This document shows, piece after piece, positions 19,140 to 32,509 of a DNA stretch of 64,000 nucleotides (positions are counted from its first letter, which is position 1; the number at the start of each line of letters is the position of its first letter). The notes beneath the pieces were generated by a model. The model was not told the origin of the DNA and did no database searches. It was given only the letters and a program-made list of their open reading frames with translations. Position numbers and translations under genes: made by a program. Source of the stretch: an uncultured Gemmatimonadaceae bacterium (GTDB lineage: Bacteria; Gemmatimonadota; Gemmatimonadetes; Gemmatimonadales; Gemmatimonadaceae); NCBI GenBank assembly GCA_963843845.1, contig CAWJMB010000002.1, positions 1,920,001 through 1,984,000 of the forward strand. The letters run 5' to 3'.

Positions 19140-19862
19140 GCCGGTCCATCGACACGCCGCCACCGCGCGCGCGTCGATCCGGAGATAGGTCGGCGCGTCC
19201 AGCCACGCTCCGGGATTCGCGAACACACTGCCGCGCGGTCCGCGCTCGAGGGCGCGCACGTGGGAGTGGCCGTACACCACGAGCTCTAGGCGCGCGTCGC
19301 GGCCGAGCGTGTCGAGCGCGACGCGTCGAAGCCCGGCACCGCCGTCTCCGGGTCCGAGCCGCCGACTCGTGTGCGAGCTCCCGGAGGCGACGCGAGTCGC
19401 GAAGTCGGGGTGCAGCACGCGGAACGCTCGGATCGCCAGCGGGCTTCGCAGCACGCGTCGGAGCGCGCGATACGGACGATCCTCTTTCGCCCGCAGTCCG
19501 TCGCCGTGCTCGATGCGCGCTCGCCACCCGGCGAGGCTTCCCTCCCACGCACCGACGTGGAACTCCACGCCGACGTCGGCGCGGAGGATCTCGCCGCCCC
19601 AGCAGTCGTGGTTGCCAGCGATCCAGAGCACCTGGACCCCGCTCTCGCGCAGGTCGGCCAGCGCGGCGAGAACCCGGTAGCCGCGCCGCGGCATCACGTG
19701 CTTCCACTCGAACCAGAAGTCGAAGAGATCGCCGTTCACGACGAGCGACCCGGCCGAGTCGTGCAAGCTGCGGAGGAAATCGATCAACTCGCGCTCGCGC
19801 TCGGGTGAGGCGACGCCGAGATGCGCATCGGAGAACAGGTAACAGGGGCCAGGGAGCTGCAC
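19074..19862 (-). CDS. lpxH: UDP-2,3-diacylglucosamine diphosphatase (LpxH-type metallophosphoesterase)
   Basis: SDAHLG, GDLFDFWFE, GNHD, EHGDG, GHSH and NPGAW. GTG at 19862. Confidence 0.85.
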   Translation of the reverse strand: MQLPGPCYLFSDAHLGVASPERERELIDFLRSLHDSAGSLVVNGDLFDFWFEWKHVMPRRGYRVLAALADLRESGVQVLWIAGNHDCWGGEILRADVGVEFHVGAWEGSLAGWRARIEHGDGLRAKEDRPYRALRRVLRSPLAIRAFRVLHPDFATRVASGSSHTSRRLGPGDGGAGLRRVALDTLGRDARLELVVYGHSHVRALERGPRGSVFANPGAWLDAPTYLRIDARAVAACRWTGSPQGDRLDALDRLAEETAGHP

Positions 19863-19869
19863 GTGGCCA

Positions 19870-19875
19870 AGTCTA
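19870..19875 (-). promoter_or_regulatory. -10 element for a probably leaderless lpxH transcript
   Basis: TAGACT lies 7 nt upstream of the GTG start on the - strand. No SD. Confidence 0.5.
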
Positions 19876-19994
19876 CCGCGCGCGCCCGAGACGACCAACC
19901 GCGGACTCGTCGCCGTCGGGTGGACAATCGACGTCGGCTGCGGCGATCTTGTGCGCTTCGAGCGCACTCCGTTCCCATCCCTTTTCTCCGCCGC

Positions 19995-20417
19995 GTGCCG
20001 CACGTCCAGACCAGCGAGCTCCGCGTTCGCTATGCGGAAACCGATCGGATGGGGGTCGTGTATCACGCGAACTATCTCGTGTGGTGTGAGGTCGGGCGTA
20101 CGGAGTTCATCCGCGCGAGCGGCGCGCGCGGCACGAGCTATCGCGAGCTGGAGGAGTCGGGAGTCGGTCTCGCCGTCGCCGACGCGGCCCTCCGCTACCA
20201 TGCACCAGCGCGCTACGATGACCTCATCCGAGTTCAAACGACGTTGACCGACGTACGCTCCCGGACCGTGACCTTCGAGTACGTGATCACGCGCGTCTCC
20301 GACGATGCGAGACTCGTGACCGCGGCCACGCGCCTCGTGGCGATCGACCGCGAAGGCCGCCCGATGTCGCTCCCCCGCGCGGTCCGCACGACGTTGGAGA
20401 GCGTACGTGCGCCGTGA
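19995..20417 (+). CDS. Acyl-CoA thioesterase, YbgC/4HBT hot-dog family
   Basis: RVRYAETDRMGVVYHANYLVWCEVGRTE and PARYDD. Confidence 0.9.
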   Translation: MPHVQTSELRVRYAETDRMGVVYHANYLVWCEVGRTEFIRASGARGTSYRELEESGVGLAVADAALRYHAPARYDDLIRVQTTLTDVRSRTVTFEYVITRVSDDARLVTAATRLVAIDREGRPMSLPRAVRTTLESVRAP

Positions 20418-21054
20418 CACGCTCGTCGCGGCGCTCGCGACGCTTGCCACGCTCGCGTCGGCCGCCGCGTGCGCGCCGCGTGCCGGCCAGCTCACCGGGG
20501 CCCTGACTCCCCAGGTACGCCTGCCTCCGAGCGCCCTTCCCGCGGGCTCGCATCGCGTCACGTTCGAATGGGAGTACCGCGAACAGGACGGCTTCTCGGC
20601 GCGCGGGGATGGGGTCGCGCGCGTGTCGGCGCCTGATAGCGCGCGCATGGACTTCTTCGTGACCGGCGGCTTCGGCGGCGGCTGGGCGCTGCTCCTCGGC
20701 GACGCGCTCACGATCCCGGGGCCGGACTTCGTACGTCGCTTCATCCCCCCGCCGCCGCTGCTCTGGGCCGCGCTCGGCCGCCTCGCCGTTCCGGCGGCGA
20801 CCGACACCACTGCGCGGACGCATGGCGACACGCTGCGTGCCGACATCGGTCACGACCCGACCTGGCGCGTGACCTTCGTCGGCTCAGCGCTCTCGCGCGT
20901 CGAGCGCATCGACGGCGGTCGCATCGTCGAGTGGCTCGCCCGCGACAGCACGCGGCTGCGCTACGAGAACGAGGCCGGACGTCGTTCGCTGACGCTCCGC
21001 GTTCAGCGCGTCGAGCGGGTGAGCGGTTTCGACTCGTCTATCTGGAGTCGCTAG
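20407..21054 (+). CDS. Hypothetical lipoprotein, beta-rich (possibly LolA/LolB-like fold)
   Basis: Lipobox-like AAAC after a hydrophobic signal. Alternating beta-strand pattern, APDSARMDFF. Confidence 0.55.
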   Translation: MRRDTLVAALATLATLASAAACAPRAGQLTGALTPQVRLPPSALPAGSHRVTFEWEYREQDGFSARGDGVARVSAPDSARMDFFVTGGFGGGWALLLGDALTIPGPDFVRRFIPPPPLLWAALGRLAVPAATDTTARTHGDTLRADIGHDPTWRVTFVGSALSRVERIDGGRIVEWLARDSTRLRYENEAGRRSLTLRVQRVERVSGFDSSIWSR

Positions 21055-21064
21055 GCATCCGCGA

Positions 21065-21631
21065 ATGAGGCGCGCTGCGATGATTGAAACGTTCAGCTGG
21101 AAACCGGCTCGTCGCTCCGTTCGCGTACGTCGGTCGCTCGCTGCCGGCGCCGCGCTGATCTGCGTCGCATTCGGCGGCTGCCGCTTCAGCCCCTACAAGT
21201 TCGCCGGAGGTGGATTCCCGCCGAACGTCCGCACGGTCGCGGTGCTGCCGTTCGACAACGAGACGCCGGTGCCGGAGCTGCAGCGCGAGCTGTTCGAGGC
21301 GATGCGCCGGGCGATGACGAATCGGCTCAACCTGCGCGAGTCCGCGGAGTCGAAGGCGGACGCGGTCGTGCGGGGCACGATCCTGAAGTACGAGGTCGAC
21401 GTGCCGATCGCGTTCAGCGCGGATCCGCGGCAGGCCACGACGGCGCGCCGTCAGCTGCAGCTCGTCGTCGACGTCTCGATCATCGATCAGCGTGATGGCA
21501 AGACGTTGCTCGAGCGCAAGGGGCTGACGGCGAAAGGCGAGTACGCCGAGCGCGACGAGGCCGGTGGACGGCGCGAGGCCATCACGCGCGTGATCAACGA
21601 CATCATCGAAGGCGCGCAGTCGCAGTGGTGA
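21065..21631 (+). CDS. lptE: LPS-assembly lipoprotein LptE-like
   Basis: Lipobox FGGC, TVAVLPFDNET, ADAVVRGTI, and a C-terminal helix ending in W. Confidence 0.7.
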   Translation: MRRAAMIETFSWKPARRSVRVRRSLAAGAALICVAFGGCRFSPYKFAGGGFPPNVRTVAVLPFDNETPVPELQRELFEAMRRAMTNRLNLRESAESKADAVVRGTILKYEVDVPIAFSADPRQATTARRQLQLVVDVSIIDQRDGKTLLERKGLTAKGEYAERDEAGGRREAITRVINDIIEGAQSQW

Positions 21632-22125
21632 GCGCGTTCGCGCCGCCCGCGGCCTTCGACCCCGCCCGCAAGGTGATGACGTGGCACGCGGCCCGTGTGT
21701 GGCGTGAAGCGGCCGCCGGCCGCGTCGTGTTCACGAACGGCGTCTTCGACCTGCTCCACCCCGGCCACGTCGACGTGCTCGTCGGCGCGCGCCGTGCTGG
21801 CGACGCGCTCGTCGTCGGCATCAACAGCGACGCGTCGGTCCGGCGCCTCAAGGGCCCGACGCGTCCGGTCCGGAGCGAGGCAGAGCGAGCGTACGTGCTC
21901 GCCGCGTTCGAGGCCGTCGACGCGGTCGTCGTGTTCGACGAGGACACGCCGCTCGAGCTCGTCCGCACGCTCGCGCCGGACGTCATCGTCAAGGGCGGAG
22001 ACTACGACGAGTCGACGATCGTCGGGGCGTCTGAGGTCCGCGCGCGCGGCGGCCAGGTCGTCATCATCCCCCTGACCCCCGGTCAGTCCACCACCTCCAT
22101 CATCGAGAGACTCCGTGGCGCCTGA
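21628..22125 (+). CDS. rfaE2: D-glycero-beta-D-manno-heptose 1-phosphate adenylyltransferase (HldE domain II)
   Basis: [40 protein letters not shown] and STTSII. Confidence 0.93.
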   Translation: MSAFAPPAAFDPARKVMTWHAARVWREAAAGRVVFTNGVFDLLHPGHVDVLVGARRAGDALVVGINSDASVRRLKGPTRPVRSEAERAYVLAAFEAVDAVVVFDEDTPLELVRTLAPDVIVKGGDYDESTIVGASEVRARGGQVVIIPLTPGQSTTSIIERLRGA

Positions 22126-22858
22126 CACCGAGGTTGGATCGCGGGCCGACGCCCGAGCGGCCGATGTGCTTCGTCCCCTCTCGCTCGAGCGCAACGTCGC
22201 CGAGTACGCCGAGGGCAGCTGCCTCGTCTCGTTCGGGAAGACGCGCGTGCTGTGTACTGCGAGCGTCGAAGCCGGCGTTCCCGGTTGGCGGAAGGGTCGC
22301 GGCGAGGGGTGGTTGACAGCCGAATACGCGATGCTGCCCCGCGCGACGCGGACTCGCACCTCACGGGAGCGCGCCCAGTTGGGCGGGCGTACGCAGGAGA
22401 TCCAGAGGCTGATCGGCAGAAGCATGCGTGCGATGCTCGACGACTTCCGCTTCGGCGAGCATACGGTGAAGGTCGACTGCGACGTCTTACAAGCGGACGG
22501 CGGTACGCGCACCGCAGCGATTACCGGCGCCGCCGTCGCCGTCGCTGACGCCTTCGACGAGATGGTGCGTCGACAGGTGTTGCGGGCGTCGCCAGTGAGG
22601 CGCCTGGTCGCCGCGATCAGCGTGGGTGTGGTGGACGGCATGCCGATGCTCGACCTCGACTACGACGAGGATGTGCGCGCCGCCGTGGACATGAACGTCG
22701 TGATGAGCGAGGGTGGGCGCTTCGTCGAGGTACAGGGCACCGGCGAGCACGGAACGTTCGATCGCGACGAGTTGAACGCGCTGCTCGACCTCGCGGTCGG
22801 CGGGATCCGGCAGCTCGACTCGGCGCAGCGAAACGCTCGCGTCGCGCCGCCCGGGTGA
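22115..22858 (+). CDS. rph: Ribonuclease PH
   Basis: [36 protein letters not shown] and EVQGTGE. Confidence 0.98.
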   Translation: MAPDTEVGSRADARAADVLRPLSLERNVAEYAEGSCLVSFGKTRVLCTASVEAGVPGWRKGRGEGWLTAEYAMLPRATRTRTSRERAQLGGRTQEIQRLIGRSMRAMLDDFRFGEHTVKVDCDVLQADGGTRTAAITGAAVAVADAFDEMVRRQVLRASPVRRLVAAISVGVVDGMPMLDLDYDEDVRAAVDMNVVMSEGGRFVEVQGTGEHGTFDRDELNALLDLAVGGIRQLDSAQRNARVAPPG

Positions 22859-23493
22859 TGTCTGCCCGAACGCTGCTCGTCGCGACGCGGAATCCGGGGA
22901 AGCTCGTCGAGCTGCGCGACCTGTTCGATGCGATCGGCGTCGCCCTGATCGATCTCGACGCCGCCGGGCTTCCCGAGTCGCGCGAGGAAGACGCGCTCGA
23001 GGCGTATGACACATTCGAGGCCAACGCCCTCGCGAAGGCGAGCTACTTCCACGCCCGATCGGGCCTGCCGACAGTCGCCGACGACTCGGGCCTCGCAGTC
23101 CGGGCGCTCGGCGGTGCTCCCGGCGTGCACAGCAAGCGCTACTCGGGGGTCCAGGGCTCGTCGGACGCGGTCGCCCAGGCGAACAACGCGAAGCTGATGG
23201 CCGCGCTCGAGGGACACGCTGAGCGCGGTGCCTCCTTCGTGTGCGCCGCTGCTTATGTGGATGACGCGACGCGCGTGGTGACGCGCGGGGAAGTGCAGGG
23301 TCGCGTCGAGACCGTCGGTCGGGGGCACGGCGGCTTCGGCTACGACCCGTACTTCTTCTCCGACGAGATCGGCAAGACGTTCGCTGAGGCGAGCGTGCGG
23401 GAGAAAGGTGCGGTGAGTCACCGCGCGAGGGCGTTCACCGCGCTCGTCGCTCGGTTACGCGAAGCGAGCGAACTCGGCCTCGGCTCCGGTTGA
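22858..23493 (+). CDS. rdgB: Non-canonical purine NTP pyrophosphatase (RdgB/HAM1)
   Basis: ATRNPGK, ADDSGL, PGVHS, GFGYDP and SHR. Confidence 0.95.
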   Translation: MSARTLLVATRNPGKLVELRDLFDAIGVALIDLDAAGLPESREEDALEAYDTFEANALAKASYFHARSGLPTVADDSGLAVRALGGAPGVHSKRYSGVQGSSDAVAQANNAKLMAALEGHAERGASFVCAAAYVDDATRVVTRGEVQGRVETVGRGHGGFGYDPYFFSDEIGKTFAEASVREKGAVSHRARAFTALVARLREASELGLGSG

Positions 23494-23518
23494 CGGTGCA
23501 CGTGGTCAGCCGTAGACT
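23490..23518 (+). promoter_or_regulatory. sigma70 promoter of the tRNA cluster
   Basis: TTGACG-N17-TAGACT, 16 nt before tRNA-Pro. Confidence 0.75.
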
Positions 23519-23534
23519 GCCAGCCGTCGTACCG

Positions 23535-23608
23535 CGGGGCGTAGCGTAGCCCGGTATCGCGCCTGCTTTGGGAGCAGGAGGTCGCTGGTTCGAATCCAGT
23601 CGCCCCGA
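23535..23608 (+). tRNA. tRNA-Pro (TGG)
   Basis: CGGGGCG/CGCCCCG acceptor stem, CCTGC-TT-TGG-GA-GCAGG anticodon arm, GGTTCGAATCC T-arm. CCA not encoded. Confidence 0.96.
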
Positions 23609-23641
23609 CGTTGGTGAGGGACGGCGCTCGCCGCGCCGTGA

Positions 23642-23715
23642 GCGCCAGTAGCTCAGGTGGATAGAGCGACAGCCTTCTAAGCTGTGGGTCGGGGGTTCGA
23701 GTCCCTCCTGGCGCG
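23642..23715 (+). tRNA. tRNA-Arg (TCT)
   Basis: GCGCCAG/CTGGCGC acceptor, ACAGC-CT-TCT-AA-GCTGT anticodon arm, GGTTCGAGTCC. CCA not encoded. Confidence 0.96.
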
Positions 23716-23747
23716 TCGGCTTCGCGCTGTGTAGGTTCGTAGAGTTC

Positions 23748-23819
23748 GCACCGCTAGCTCAATGGTGGAGCAGCTGACTCTTAATCAGTAGGTTCTAGGT
23801 TCGAGTCCTAGGCGGTGCA
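23748..23819 (+). tRNA. tRNA-Lys (CTT)
   Basis: GCACCGC/GCGGTGC acceptor, CTGA-CT-CTT-AA-TCAG anticodon arm, GGTTCGAGTCC. CCA not encoded. Confidence 0.95.
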
Positions 23820-23825
23820 TGCGTG

Positions 23826-23855
23826 GCGGGGTCGCTCTACGCGAGCGGCCCCGTC
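23826..23855 (+). terminator. GC-rich hairpin after tRNA-Lys (terminator or processing signal)
   Basis: GCGGGGTCGCTC-TACGC-GAGCGGCCCCGT. No clear U-tract. Confidence 0.4.
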
Positions 23856-24073
23856 GTCGTCTCCTGAAGCGAAGGTGGAACGCCTGGCGCCGAGCTGGGT
23901 TTCACGATCGCGGTCGCGGAATCGGCGAGTGAGTGGGAGAGCTTGCACGGCGATCGCGGTTCGGTTACGAATCCCCGTCCGCCGCGGGTTCGGGACGTAA
24001 GTCTTTCGCCCGCAGCAGCTTGGTGTGGATCGGTTCGCGCGTCGCGTGAACAGGGTGCGCGCCGGGGGATCCG

Positions 24074-24123
24074 AAAAAAAAGTAGAGAAGCGGGTTGACG
24101 GCGATACCCGTTCTGAGTAAAAT
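24074..24123 (+). promoter_or_regulatory. rRNA operon promoter with an A-tract UP-like element
   Basis: A8 tract, then TTGACG (24095)-N17-TAAAAT (24118). Confidence 0.85.
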
Positions 24124-24160
24124 GAAAGGCTGCCGCAGAGAAGGCGGCAACATTGCACGA

Positions 24161-24176
24161 GTTGATTGACAACTGA
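24161..24176 (+). promoter_or_regulatory. boxA-like antitermination element in the rrn leader (second copy at 25984-25999 in the ITS)
   Basis: GTTGATTGACAACTGA and GCTGTTTGACAAGTGA, each just after a short hairpin and just before a processing stem. Confidence 0.55.
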
Positions 24177-24320
24177 GACGAGATCGCAGGATGTGCGAGG
24201 CGGACTCGCTGATCCGTGGCCGCAGGGGCTACGGGGAGAGTTCAACCTGACATTCAATAGTGATTCGGACACGCTGCCACGCGCAGCGTGGCAGCTGTTC
24301 GAACGAGCTACATCAACTTT

Positions 24321-25862
<1,542 letters not shown>

Positions 25863-26137
25863 CGGAGTCGGGAGTAGCCCCCTCGGGGACGAAACCACTC
25901 GGAAGTCGCACGCCTCGTACGTCCCCGATCTCGAACTCAGTTCTCAGCGTATTTTGCGTGCGGCGCCTCGGCGCCGCGCGCTCGCTGTTTGACAAGTGAC
26001 GTAGTAGTGATCGTAGATCGCGAATCAACACCGTGATGCGATCGTCAGCGCGCCGAGGGCTTCGCAGCCGTCGGCATGATGACAGTCGAAATCATCACTC
26101 GTAGCATGTTGCGCGTGTTGTGCTTGAACACAGACGT

Positions 26138-29108
<2,971 letters not shown>

Positions 29109-29210
29109 ACCATCTGGATCCACTTCGGTGGATCCGCTACAGCACAACACACGACTGCTACGTCGTGTTCAGATTCGCACTCGATCACTACTTCGTCACT
29201 TGCCATAATT

Positions 29211-29329
29211 TCGCTGGCGACTAGAGCGCAGGGGCCACACCCGTTCCCATCCCGAACACGGCCGTTAAGCCCTGCAGCGCCGATGGTACTCCGCCCGAGA
29301 GGGCGCGGGAGAGTAGGCCGTCGCCGGCA
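29211..29329 (+). rRNA. rrf: 5S rRNA
   Basis: CACCCGTTCCCATCCCGAACACGG, GCCGATGGTACT and GGGAGAGTAGG. Terminal stem GCTGGCGA/TCGCCGGC. Confidence 0.98.
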
Positions 29330-29336
29330 CCCCGTT

Positions 29337-29380
29337 CAGAACCCCCGCCGCGCCTGCCGCGACGGGGGTTCTGCGTTTCT
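29337..29380 (+). terminator. Intrinsic terminator of the rrn operon
   Basis: CAGAACCCCCGCCGCG-loop-CGCGACGGGGGTTCTG followed by CGTTTCT. Confidence 0.75.
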
Positions 29381-29401
29381 ACGATCCGCTCCCGGATCTC
29401 T

Positions 29402-30283
29402 ATGCCACGCGCCGGAATCGTCACCGTGGTCGGCAAGCCGAACGCGGGCAAGTCGACCCTCCTGAACCGCCTCGTCGGCGAAAAGCTCAGCATCACGAGC
29501 GAGAAGCCGCAGTCCACTCGCGATCGCATCGTCGGCATCCGGACCGAAGGCGAGACGCAGATGATCATCCTCGATACCCCGGGGCTTCTCGCGCCGAGGT
29601 ACGCGCTGCACGAGGCGATGCGCGGGATCGCGCTCGAAGCGCTCCGAGACGCCGACGTGATCGTCTATCTGCACGATGCGACGACCGGCCCGCCTCCACC
29701 GCTCGTCGACGCCGCGAGGCTGTCGACCGCGCCACGCGCGCCGGTGCTGCAGGCCTTCAACAAGGTCGATCTGCTTGCCAAGGACGCGGCGGAGCGGCTA
29801 CGCGTCGAATTCCCGAACGGGAACCACATCTCGGCGGCGACAGGCGAGGGAGTCGACGCGCTGCTCGCCGCGGCCTCGGCCCATCTCCCCGAGAGTCCGT
29901 TCCTGTATCCGGACGACGAGATCAGCACCCAGACGCTCCGCTTCTTCGCCGCCGAGCTGGTGCGCGAGACAGCGCTCGAGCAACTCGACGACGAAGTGCC
30001 CTACAGCATCGCCTGCGAGATCGAGGAGTTCCGAGAGGACCGCTCGCCCGTGTACATTCGGGCGGTCGTGTTCGTCGAGCGAGAGAGCCAGAAGCGCATC
30101 CTGATCGGCGCGAAGGGGACACGCATTCGCGAGATCGGGCGTGCCGCGCGGGTCAAGATCGAGTCGCTCGTCGGTGCGTCAGTCTATCTCGACCTCTGGA
30201 TCAAGGTGCTCCCGAACTGGCGGCGCGATACGCGGTCTCTTCGGCGGTTCGGTTACATCGTTCCCAAGGAGCCAGGCGCGTGA
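29402..30283 (+). CDS. era: GTPase Era
   Basis: GKPNAGKSTL, DTPG, NKVD, EVPY, and the KH domain VERESQKRILIGAKG. Confidence 0.97.
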   Translation: MPRAGIVTVVGKPNAGKSTLLNRLVGEKLSITSEKPQSTRDRIVGIRTEGETQMIILDTPGLLAPRYALHEAMRGIALEALRDADVIVYLHDATTGPPPPLVDAARLSTAPRAPVLQAFNKVDLLAKDAAERLRVEFPNGNHISAATGEGVDALLAAASAHLPESPFLYPDDEISTQTLRFFAAELVRETALEQLDDEVPYSIACEIEEFREDRSPVYIRAVVFVERESQKRILIGAKGTRIREIGRAARVKIESLVGASVYLDLWIKVLPNWRRDTRSLRRFGYIVPKEPGA

Positions 30284-30447
30284 CGCTCTCCCCGCAACTG
30301 CTTGCCATCCTGGTCTGCCCCAAGTGCAAGGGGTCGCTCGACTACCGCGATGCCGAGTCGAGTCTCGTGTGTGAGCGCTGCGCGCTGCGCTATGCCGTAC
30401 GCGACGACATCCCGATCATGCTACTCGATGAGGCGACGCCGCTCTAA
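30280..30447 (+). CDS. Trm112/YcaR family small protein (55 aa, not in the ORF track)
   Basis: Translated by hand: MTLSPQLLAILVCPKCKGSLDYRDAESSLVCERCALRYAVRDDIPIMLLDEATPL. GTGA overlap with era. Confidence 0.92.
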   Translation: MTLSPQLLAILVCPKCKGSLDYRDAESSLVCERCALRYAVRDDIPIMLLDEATPL

Positions 30448-30472
30448 GCGTCGGTTCGTCGCCACGTCCGCC

Positions 30473-31469
30473 ATGTCCCGGCGACCTCTCGCGGTCGCTC
30501 TCTTCGTCGGCGTCGTTGTGGGTGCCTCGCCCCTCACGGCGCAGGCGAGCAACGCGGCGAGCGCCGGGCTGCTGCTCGCCCCGTTGGGCGCGCGACTCAC
30601 CGCGTTGGGCGGCGCTGGCGTTGCGGACACGAGTTCGGTGAGCGCGTTGTTCTCGACACCGGCCGCGTACGCCCACGCGACACAGCGGGCCGTCGCGTTC
30701 GAGTACGCGCAGGATGATTACACGAAGCGCGGTGTCGTCAGTGTGCTCTATCCGGTTCGATACGTCGGCACGCTCGCCCTGAGCGGGTACGGGCAGGACC
30801 TCGGGCGCATCCCGCGCACGATCCAGAGCGGAGTGGAAATCGGGACGCTGTACTACCGCAACGTCGAAGTCGGCGGCTGCGTACGCCGCCGGGTTCGGGC
30901 GCGGCGTCAGCGCGGGTGTCACGTTGAAATACATCCAGTCCCGCGTCGACTGCACGGGTAATTGTGAGCCGATTCAGGGACTTCCGCTCGTCCCTCCGAC
31001 CGTGTCGAGCACGAGTGCGGTGGACGTGGGACTTCAGTACGATCTCCCGAACAAGGCTCCGCTTCACCTTGGTCTCGCCGTGCGCAACATCGGACTGAAG
31101 CTGCAGGTCATCGATGCTGAACAGGCCGACCCGCTCCCGGCGCAGATCGCTGCCGGCGTTGCGTACGACGTTCCTCGCGTCGATCGGAAAGTCCCGGGCT
31201 CGTCGCTGCGACTCGTCGCCGACGTTACCGGCGGAATCGGGTCGTCCACGCAGGACAACTCGTTGCGGTTGGGAGCGGAGGGGGGGTATCAGCGCACGCT
31301 CTTCGTTCGCGGAGGGTACGCGTTCCGCGACGGCGTATACGGCGGCGCAACCATCGGATTCGGGCTCGTCCGCAACAGCTTTGCACTCGACGTTGCGCGC
31401 CAGGTCAGTGTGAGCGGCGTGCAGGCGAACAACCCGCCGACGTACGTCGGGTTGCGATACGCATTCTGA
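30473..31469 (+). CDS. Outer-membrane beta-barrel protein, PorV/PorQ (UPF0164)-like, with one apparent extra base near 30871-30876
   Basis: Signal peptide, then GARLTALGGAGVA...PAA (FadL/PorV-type N-terminus). The second frame continues AAYAAGFGRGVSAGVTLKYI, LAVRNIG, GAEGGY and FVRGGY. C-terminal beta-signal YVGLRYAF. Confidence 0.7.
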
Positions 31470-32371
31470 TGACTCTTCGGCGTACCATTCGCTGCACCTG
31501 CGCGTGCGCCATGATCGCGGTCGCCGCAGCAGCGGGCGATGCGCAGGCGCGTCCCCAGCCGAGCGTCGTGGCGCGCTGGACACGCGACGTGGCGGCCGCA
31601 GCGGTCACGGCGCCGATCGCCGCCTCCCTGGGGGGCGTCGAGGTCGCTGCGCCACGGCCGGGATGGCTGTTCAGCGGCGAGCGCGCGCCGCTCTGGGCAC
31701 CCGTCGCGTCACTGCTGCTGCCGGGCAGCGGCCAGCTGGTCATGCGGCAGCCGCGTGGTGTCGCGTACGTCGCCGCGGAGGTGTACGAGATGATCCAGCT
31801 GGTCGTCGCGCGACGTGACCGCAGCAGAAGCCGCAACGAGTTCAAACGGATCGCGCGCGACGTCGCGCGCCGCGCGTTCGGCGGCGTCGCAGACGGCTCG
31901 TGGCCGTACTACGAGGCGCTCACCGAGGTCGTCGAGTCGGGCAAGTACAGTCAGTCGGCGACGATCCTCGTGCCAGAAACCGACACGTCGACATTCAACG
32001 GCAAGCAATGGGAGGCGGCGCGAAACCTCTACTTCCTCGATCCGAACGCCCCCCCGCCACCGAACGATCCGCGCTACCAGCAGGCGATCCGGCGCTACGA
32101 TTCGACCGCCGTGCGTGATGCGTTCCGGTGGAGTTGGCGGGATCAGCAGCTATTCTGGGACGTCTACCGGAGCGAGGTCGCAGCGAAGAATCGGGCGACA
32201 CGCCGCATGAACACGGCGCGCGGGCTCATCCTCGCCACGCATCTCGTCAGCTCGATCGACGCCGTCGGATCGGTCCGCCTCCGGCGGACGATCGGCCCGC
32301 GTGGCGAAGCGCGGATCGAGGCGGCCGTGCCGTGGGAACCGTTCGGCCTCGGACCGCGCTGGCCGCGGTGA
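31469..32371 (+). CDS. Exported hypothetical protein with SLLLPGSGQ motif (DUF5683-like)
   Basis: Signal peptide, ASLLLPGSGQL, aromatic-rich mid region and HLVSSIDA. TGATG coupling to the barrel gene. Confidence 0.55.
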   Translation: MTLRRTIRCTCACAMIAVAAAAGDAQARPQPSVVARWTRDVAAAAVTAPIAASLGGVEVAAPRPGWLFSGERAPLWAPVASLLLPGSGQLVMRQPRGVAYVAAEVYEMIQLVVARRDRSRSRNEFKRIARDVARRAFGGVADGSWPYYEALTEVVESGKYSQSATILVPETDTSTFNGKQWEAARNLYFLDPNAPPPPNDPRYQQAIRRYDSTAVRDAFRWSWRDQQLFWDVYRSEVAAKNRATRRMNTARGLILATHLVSSIDAVGSVRLRRTIGPRGEARIEAAVPWEPFGLGPRWPR

Positions 32372-32509
32372 ACCGTGCGCCTGACGCCAGCGTTTCGGGG
32401 GAGGGCGGACGTTCGTCTGCTGGTACACCCCGCGTGATCGCTCTCACCCGCTCGCCAGCTTTCCCCTCTCCATGATCTCGTCGGCGTCAGCGGCTGGGAG
32501 ACCCGTCCG

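Noticed and set aside
23820..24073. Integrative element or sRNA between tRNA-Lys and the rrn promoter
   Set aside because: No integrase, no duplicated tRNA 3' end and no convincing ORF or RNA family. Only a hairpin and the promoter-associated motif are visible.
25863..26137. Possible tRNA or novel ncRNA in the 16S-23S spacer
   Set aside because: No cloverleaf or T-arm GGTTCRA motif. Most of the spacer is explained by processing stems pairing with the 16S leader and the 23S trailer, plus a boxA-like element.
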